Under the pieces are notes generated by a model. That model searched no databases, was not told the origin of the DNA, and saw only the letters and a list, made by a program, of their open reading frames with translations. A DNA stretch of 30,620 bases, from NCBI GenBank assembly GCA_030590265.1, contig JAUUYW010000001.1, positions 1-30,620 of the forward strand, given 5' to 3'. This document shows positions 24,955-30,620 of the stretch, piece by piece (positions within the stretch are counted from its first letter, which is position 1; each line of letters begins with the position of its first letter). The translations under genes were made by a program, and so were the position numbers. Source of the DNA: Candidatus Krumholzibacteriia bacterium (GTDB lineage Bacteria > Krumholzibacteriota > Krumholzibacteriia > LZORAL124-64-63).

Positions 24955-26368
24955 TCCCAGCACCAAATCCAGCGAACAAACCTGGCTGCACTTTGCCGGA
25001 GTGGCCGGCAGCGGCATGAGCGCCCTGGCCCAATTCCACGCTTTCGGCGGCGGTTTAGCCACGGGGAGCGACCGCAGTTTTGACGACGGCGAACGCCAGG
25101 ATATCCGAAAAAAACTGGAAGGATTGGGCATCATCATCGTTCCCCAGGATGGCAGCTTCATCAGCGCCGGCGGCAGCCAGCGGCAGTGCGACGCCATGGT
25201 GGTCAGCACCGCCGTGGAAGAACGGGTTCCCGATGTGCGCGCTGCCCGCGAGAACCAGGTAGCCATGATGCACCGCAGTGAATTGTTGGCTCATTACGTC
25301 GCCACCCACAAGACCATCGCCATCACCGGCACCAGCGGCAAAAGCACTGTCACGGCCATGGTTTATTGCATCCTGCGCGGCTGCCGGCGCAACCCCGCCC
25401 TGCTCACCGGCGGCGCCGTCAGCGAGTTGATGGCCGAAGGTCACATTGGCAATGCCTTCTCTCCCTGTCCTGCAGAGGGCCCAGGCAACACCCTTTTGGT
25501 CATCGAAGCGGACGAGAGTGACGGCAGTGTTGTGCGCTACCATCCTTGGTGCGGGGTGGTGCTCAATCTGGGACTGGACCACAAAGAACCAGCTGAAATC
25601 ATGGACATGTTCCGCACTTTCAAATCCAATACCAAAGACCATTATATTGTGGGCGATCAAGGAGTTTTGGAAGAGCTGACAGACGCCGCTGTGGTGTTTG
25701 GATTGGAATCGGAAAAGGCCCACATCCAGGCAGCCAATATCAATCTGCTTCCTGCCGAGTCAACCTTCAGCATCGACGGTGTGGGGTTCCAGCTCAATGT
25801 TCCCGGTCGCTACAATGTTGCCAACGCCACCGCGGCCATCACGGCCTGTCTTCAGGCTGGAGTTGGTTTGGCTGAGATGGTCGCACCATTGGCTGAGTTT
25901 CAGGGCGTCCAGCGGCGATTTCAACTGATTGGCCAGGAAGGCGGTGTGGAAGTCATCGACGACTTTGCCCACAACCCGGACAAAATCGAAGCCACTCTGG
26001 CCACCGCCGCATTGCGCACAAAAGGCCGTGTATTGGCCATGTTCCAACCCCATGGATTTGGCCCCACACGTTTTTTAAAGGCAGCTCTGATAAAGACATT
26101 CAGCAATTCCTTGCGACCTCAGGATATTCTTTGGATGCCGGAGATTTTTTTCGCGGGAGGTTCAGTGAACCGGGATATTTCTGCTGGAGATCTGATCACA
26201 GCCATTGCAGATTCTGACCGGGATGCCCGATTTGAACCAGAACGTTTCGACATTGCCCGCCGGATGGCTGACGAGGCACAGCCAGGGGATCTCATCCTGG
26301 TGATGGGTGCGCGGGATCCGTCCTTGACGGACTTTTGCAGGGAGATTCTGGATCAATTGGGAAAGTGA
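24923..26368 (+). CDS. MurC/Mpl-like UDP-MurNAc ligase (divergent paralog)
   Basis: GVAGSGMSALA, GTSGKSTVT, EADESDGS, LGLDH, DDFAHNP, FQPHGFGP; located outside a dcw cluster. TTG start uncertain. Confidence 0.85.
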   Translation: MKKEILLSSFDPSTKSSEQTWLHFAGVAGSGMSALAQFHAFGGGLATGSDRSFDDGERQDIRKKLEGLGIIIVPQDGSFISAGGSQRQCDAMVVSTAVEERVPDVRAARENQVAMMHRSELLAHYVATHKTIAITGTSGKSTVTAMVYCILRGCRRNPALLTGGAVSELMAEGHIGNAFSPCPAEGPGNTLLVIEADESDGSVVRYHPWCGVVLNLGLDHKEPAEIMDMFRTFKSNTKDHYIVGDQGVLEELTDAAVVFGLESEKAHIQAANINLLPAESTFSIDGVGFQLNVPGRYNVANATAAITACLQAGVGLAEMVAPLAEFQGVQRRFQLIGQEGGVEVIDDFAHNPDKIEATLATAALRTKGRVLAMFQPHGFGPTRFLKAALIKTFSNSLRPQDILWMPEIFFAGGSVNRDISAGDLITAIADSDRDARFEPERFDIARRMADEAQPGDLILVMGARDPSLTDFCREILDQLGK

Positions 26369-26383
26369 TATATTAGTTTTAAA

Positions 26384-27412
26384 TCAGGAAGATTTTATTG
26401 TTTCAGCCTGCCCAATATTCATCCCCCCAGGGGCTTTTTCGGGCATCCGATTACCGCGCTTGTCCACAAACAAATTGCTCCCGGTTATACCTTTGGCCGC
26501 ATGCTTCACTTCGGCACAAACAGCGGCAACTTCCACATAACGCGTAAACTTGCGCCGCAACATTTCCACTCCGCCCATGGAAATGGTCATGAAGGGGAAT
26601 TCCTGCATTTCGCCCATGCGATCCTGGGCCACAATTCCACCTTGAGCCTGGTCTTCAACCGAATAGAATTCCTGTATTCCCTCATCAAACTTGCGGACTA
26701 TGGCATCGCCCACCCTTTTCATTTCATCCAGCTGAACCATCAGCACAAAATCGTCACCACCAATGTGCCCGAGGAATCCATCCCCCCCGCATTCTTCCTG
26801 CAGGGTCTCGCGCAACACCTCGGCGTTGAACAGAAGAACATCATCTCCGGCACTGAAACCGTAGGCATCGTTGTAGGATTTGAAATTGTCCAGATCGGTG
26901 TAGATCAAGGCCAAATCAAAATTGCAGTCGATGGCGTCCTGGATCACTTCCATGATGGTATTGTTGCCGGGAAGATGAGTCAGGGGATTGGAATCGATGG
27001 CCACCTCGCGCAGACGCTGAACTTCCAATAGCAGATTGTGCAGATGGATGTGAGTGCGCACCCGGGCCAGGATTTCACTCAAGTGACAGGGCACTACCAG
27101 ATAGTCCACCGCGCCAACAGCGTAACTGCGGGCGATGTCGTCATTTTCAGCCTGGTGGGTGGTGAATATTACCGGGACGTTTAAAAGACGGGGATCCATT
27201 TTGAGTTTTTCGCACAAGGCGTAGCCGTCCATGCCCCGGGTGTCGGCGGCGATGAGGAACAGGTCGGGAACACCGGCCTCCAAAAGAAGCATGGCTTCTT
27301 CCGAGGACACCGCAGTGACAACTTCATAACCTTGGGCGCGCAGCGTCGAAGCATGGACCTGACGTTCTTGCTTCGAAGGGTTCACCACCAGAATGCGCGC
27401 TTTTTGCATCAT
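26384..27412 (-). CDS. Pseudo-receiver plus GGDEF-domain (GGDDF variant) protein
   Basis: REC-like ILVVNP...PDLFLIA...DYLVVP (acidic pocket, phospho-Asp and Lys all substituted); NPLTHLPGN, DLDNFKSYND.YG, HIGGDDF. Confidence 0.88.
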   Translation of the reverse strand: MMQKARILVVNPSKQERQVHASTLRAQGYEVVTAVSSEEAMLLLEAGVPDLFLIAADTRGMDGYALCEKLKMDPRLLNVPVIFTTHQAENDDIARSYAVGAVDYLVVPCHLSEILARVRTHIHLHNLLLEVQRLREVAIDSNPLTHLPGNNTIMEVIQDAIDCNFDLALIYTDLDNFKSYNDAYGFSAGDDVLLFNAEVLRETLQEECGGDGFLGHIGGDDFVLMVQLDEMKRVGDAIVRKFDEGIQEFYSVEDQAQGGIVAQDRMGEMQEFPFMTISMGGVEMLRRKFTRYVEVAAVCAEVKHAAKGITGSNLFVDKRGNRMPEKAPGGMNIGQAETIKSS

Positions 27413-27795
27413 TGAACTTGTTTACACTCCGTTCCCATCAACTCGTTGATGGCCTCCAGCAAAAGATCCCTCTTCACGGGTTTGGTGAAAGTGTGTTTGA
27501 CACCAAAGCGCCGGGCCCAATTCAAGTAGTCATCCGGATTGATGCGGCCACCACCACTGATGGCAATGATCCGCACCGAAGGGTTGATGTTGCGCAAATC
27601 CATGATCGTTTCGATGCCCTCTTTTTCTGGCATGACGATATCTGTGATCACCAAATCAATGGTATCGGCGCTGTAATTGCTGACGGCTTGAACTCCATTT
27701 TCGGCTTCCACAACCGAGTGACCAGCCCTCTCAAGGGTCAGCTTGAGCATATCCCGGATTTGACGATCATCATCCACCAAAAGAATCCTGGCCAT
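27409..27795 (-). CDS. Single-domain CheY-like response regulator
   Basis: ILLVDDD, LVITDIVMPEKEG, AISG, FTKP. Confidence 0.95.
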   Translation of the reverse strand: MARILLVDDDRQIRDMLKLTLERAGHSVVEAENGVQAVSNYSADTIDLVITDIVMPEKEGIETIMDLRNINPSVRIIAISGGGRINPDDYLNWARRFGVKHTFTKPVKRDLLLEAINELMGTECKQVQ

Positions 27796-27796
27796 T

Positions 27797-30202
27797 TCAG
27801 TCTCCCCTCAACGAGCCCACCGGCTCAGTGATATCACATAGCACTGCTGCTAATTCTTTTATTCTCAATGGTTTTGGTAAGAAACACGAAATCCCTGCCT
27901 GTTTCAAGTCCTGTTCACTAACCGCCTCACTGTATCCCGTGGATAATACTATCGGCAGATCAGGCCTTAGACTTGACAGTTGAGTTGCCAGTTCGTAGCC
28001 GGTGATGTTGGGCATGGTCTGATCCGTTACCACCACATCGAAGGCGTTGGGATTTTTGCGAAATACTTCAAGCGCTTCAATTCCATCGGTGAAGCCGGTC
28101 ACTTCGAAACCCAGCCTTTTCAATCCCCGCATCACCAAATCCGTGATCATTGGCTCGTCGTCCACAATCATCACCCGACCATGGCCCTGAACCATTTCAT
28201 CGGGAAGAACTTTTGCTTCATCCTGGGGCGCGTGGCCCACCGCCACCGGAAAAGAAAGTGTGAAGGTGGAGCCTTTGCCCGGAGTGCTTGTCACTTGAAT
28301 ACGGCCATCATGGTTGCTTACGATGCCATGCACCGAAGCCAGACCGAGCCCCGTTCCCTCATCAGATTTTTTAGTGGTGAAATAAGGTTCGAATATTCGC
28401 GAGAGAACAGCCTGGTCCATTCCGACACCCGTATCGCTGACCGTCATTTCCAGATATTCACCGAGAGCCATACCGCTGAGAGCCTCAGGCGTGTCTTCCA
28501 ATACCGTTGTCTGGTGCAATCCCAGGGTAAGAACTCCACCGGCATGACCCATGGCATGGCCCGCGTTGGTGCAAAGATTCAAAACAGTTTGATGGATCTG
28601 GGCTTCATCCAGCAACGCTGATTGACAAGTCTCATCCAGGTCCATCTCAATTCGGATGGTCGTCGGCAAACTCGCCCTGACCAACTCCATCACCTCAAGG
28701 ATGATAGGCTGCAGCGGTTGAATTTCCCGTTGCTTCTCCGCTCTCTGGCCGAAGGCCAACATCTTGGCCACCAAGGCACTGCCCCGTTCCCCAGCCTTGA
28801 CGATCTCGGTCATGGGCAGATAGGCCGGATGATCGTTTGGAATATCATCCAGGGCCAGCTGGCTGTTCCCCAACAGGGCATAAAGGATGTTGTTGAAGTC
28901 GTGGGCAATTCCCCCGGCCAAGGTGCCGATGGCTTCCAGTTTCTGGCTCTGTCGCAAACGCTCCTCCAGCTTCAATTCACTGGTGATATCGCGTTTGACG
29001 CACACAAAATGGGTGATGACCCCACTGGTATCCAGCACTGGAGAAATGGTTGCCACTTCCCAATACTCTTGGCCGGATTTCATTCGGTTCGCCAGTCGAC
29101 CCTGCCAGGTTTCACCCCGCCGAATGGTGGACCACATCTCGCGATAATAGGCCGCATCATGCCGATTGCTTTTGAGGATGCGGGGATTTTCCCCCAAGAC
29201 CTCAGCTGATGTGTATCCCGTCATCCGGGTAAAAGCCGGATTGGTGTACTGGATAATTCCCGCCGAATCAGTGATGACGATGCCGTCGGCCGTTTGTTCA
29301 ATGGCCGTCACCAAACGGTTGCGTTCCTTTTCAATGACCAATTGTTGGGTGATGTCTCGACAACTGAGCAAATAGGCCTGAAGCCCATTCCATTGAATTG
29401 GCCTGACCTGGACATCCACCGGCAACGGATGACCGTTTTCTCTGCGCAACCGACATTGGTTGGGAATCTTGTTGTCCTGGACTGAAATAGAGGGCAATTG
29501 TTCCCGCTGTTGCCTGATAAGCCTGGCTCCATCCGGAAGAATGGAATCAATATTCGTTAGCGCTGATCCCGAACCGAGTTCGGACAGATTTGAATGGAGA
29601 ATCTGGCCCTTCTGATTCACCACAAACAGGAAACCATCCAGGGCCGAAATGATTTGACCAAAATTCTGCCGTGCCCCGGACAGTTGGGTTTCCAAATGCA
29701 ACATCTGGTGCCGCTGGCCCAGATCCATAATGGCCAGGCGCATGGCATTCAACAGAATTGAATCGAATTCAGAGCTCTGCCGTGAGGCAAAACCCATGGC
29801 CACCAGTCGACCGTCGGTCAACTCAAGGGGCAATACGCCCACCTGGTTCAAACCGGTCTCCCGAAACACTTTGGATTTTTCGCCCCAGAGATCATCCCAT
29901 CCAATGACGACTTCGTGTCCAACCAGCAGGTTGCTTACCACGGCCTCGGAATACTCCATGTTGGAGAGAATTCTTTGGACTTGCGGATCCACGCCGGCGC
30001 TGCTTTCCAAAACCAAACGGTCACTGGAAGCTTCCCGGGACCAGATCCAGACACAATCCAGGTGGGGAAATGCTAGACAGACCTGAGTCAGGCTGTTAGC
30101 CAAATCAGGCCAGGTCTTGGCCGCGTGGGCGACCTTTTTAATTTTGGTTTGAATCCGTAACAGAGCTACGGGATCAGCTACGCTGTGGTGAGTGTCGGTC
30201 AT
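27797..30202 (-). CDS. Hybrid sensor histidine kinase (GAF-like, PAS/PAC, HisKA, HATPase, REC)
   Basis: PAS AIEQTADGIVITD...NPAF...GENPRILKS; H-box GIAHDFNNIL; NLCTNA, DTGVGM, FTTK, GTGLGL; REC VDDE...TDQTMP...KP. Confidence 0.95.
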   Translation of the reverse strand: MTDTHHSVADPVALLRIQTKIKKVAHAAKTWPDLANSLTQVCLAFPHLDCVWIWSREASSDRLVLESSAGVDPQVQRILSNMEYSEAVVSNLLVGHEVVIGWDDLWGEKSKVFRETGLNQVGVLPLELTDGRLVAMGFASRQSSEFDSILLNAMRLAIMDLGQRHQMLHLETQLSGARQNFGQIISALDGFLFVVNQKGQILHSNLSELGSGSALTNIDSILPDGARLIRQQREQLPSISVQDNKIPNQCRLRRENGHPLPVDVQVRPIQWNGLQAYLLSCRDITQQLVIEKERNRLVTAIEQTADGIVITDSAGIIQYTNPAFTRMTGYTSAEVLGENPRILKSNRHDAAYYREMWSTIRRGETWQGRLANRMKSGQEYWEVATISPVLDTSGVITHFVCVKRDITSELKLEERLRQSQKLEAIGTLAGGIAHDFNNILYALLGNSQLALDDIPNDHPAYLPMTEIVKAGERGSALVAKMLAFGQRAEKQREIQPLQPIILEVMELVRASLPTTIRIEMDLDETCQSALLDEAQIHQTVLNLCTNAGHAMGHAGGVLTLGLHQTTVLEDTPEALSGMALGEYLEMTVSDTGVGMDQAVLSRIFEPYFTTKKSDEGTGLGLASVHGIVSNHDGRIQVTSTPGKGSTFTLSFPVAVGHAPQDEAKVLPDEMVQGHGRVMIVDDEPMITDLVMRGLKRLGFEVTGFTDGIEALEVFRKNPNAFDVVVTDQTMPNITGYELATQLSSLRPDLPIVLSTGYSEAVSEQDLKQAGISCFLPKPLRIKELAAVLCDITEPVGSLRGD

Positions 30203-30219
30203 TGGTTTTCAATCCTTGA

Positions 30220-30231
30220 ACAACCGGTTGT
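30220..30231. promoter_or_regulatory. Perfect 12-bp palindrome ACAACCGGTTGT in a divergent intergenic region; possible operator
   Basis: Read directly; lies just upstream of the kinase RBS (AAGGA, 30217-30213). Confidence 0.3.
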
Positions 30232-30347
30232 CGGGTTCCTTCCCTCGGGGTATTGAATTGGAGACACCAATCCCCCTTCTTCTCCGGTCCATTTTACGGT
30301 ATCGTCATGAAGCCCTGTCCTATGAAGGAAAAAATGCGAGGAAAAGC

Positions 30348-30620
30348 ATGGCCCGAAAAATTTTGCACATCCTTTCTCAGCGCCCGTCCCAAACCGGCAG
30401 CGGAATTACTCTGGAATCCATGGTTCGATTGGCCACCCAAAAGGGTTGGCAACAGGCCGCCGTTGTAGGTGTTCCTGCCGATGATACCCAGTTTCAAGTG
30501 GGTGGGCTGCCAGCCGACAGCATTCATCCTGTCTATTTTTTAGGAAGCCGTGACAGTGCCATCTCGGCAGATCTGGATTTCCCCGTTCCTGGCATGAGCG
30601 ATGTGATGCCCTACCCCAGC
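30348..30620 (+). CDS. Glycosyltransferase family 4-like protein, 5' part (truncated by the window edge)
   Basis: Not in the ORF track. Hand translation MARKILHILSQRPSQTGSGITL...DLDFPVPGMSDVMPYPS, open to the window end; GAGG RBS. Confidence 0.7.
   Translation, partial: MARKILHILSQRPSQTGSGITLESMVRLATQKGWQQAAVVGVPADDTQFQVGGLPADSIHPVYFLGSRDSAISADLDFPVPGMSDVMPYPS

Noticed and set aside
1-30620. CRISPR arrays, IS/integrase genes, prophage, rRNA or tRNA
   Set aside because: No spaced repeat array, transposase/integrase motifs or recognisable RNA gene sequences were seen by eye; a tRNAscan/Infernal/CRISPR scan would be decisive.

Overview
This is a gene-dense bacterial chromosomal window with no mobile element, rRNA, tRNA or CRISPR array visible. 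The lineage is probably FCB-related (Krumholzibacteria/Latescibacteria-like); this is inferred from a PorV-family gene, a T9SS-type C-terminal domain and a WxxxKxxYR C-terminal motif. In order, it carries: (1) a minus-strand, translationally coupled operon of T9SS-CTD protein, lipoprotein, TonB-dependent receptor and PorV-family barrel, the last missed by the ORF track and cut by the window edge; (2) pabB-pabA; (3) a zf-TFIIB-lemA-htpX-lipoprotein amidase operon; (4) a probably leaderless ECF sigma factor coupled to a DSD1-type PLP enzyme; (5) a secreted lamin-tail-like protein with a short C-terminal motif, preceded by a candidate ~105-nt structured RNA with its own sigma70 promoter; (6) thioesterase, DUF3228, hexapeptide acetyltransferase and a second TonB-dependent receptor; (7) a fermentation operon of a Pta-like/butyrate kinase fusion (degenerate Pta active site, broken by one in-frame TGA), ptb and rubrerythrin; (8) an ElsL-like YkuD protein overlapping a divergent MurC-like ligase, a putative peptidoglycan recycling pair; (9) hybrid kinase, CheY-like regulator and pseudo-receiver GGDDF protein; (10) the start of a GT4 glycosyltransferase. 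All family calls come from motif recognition by eye, not database searches.
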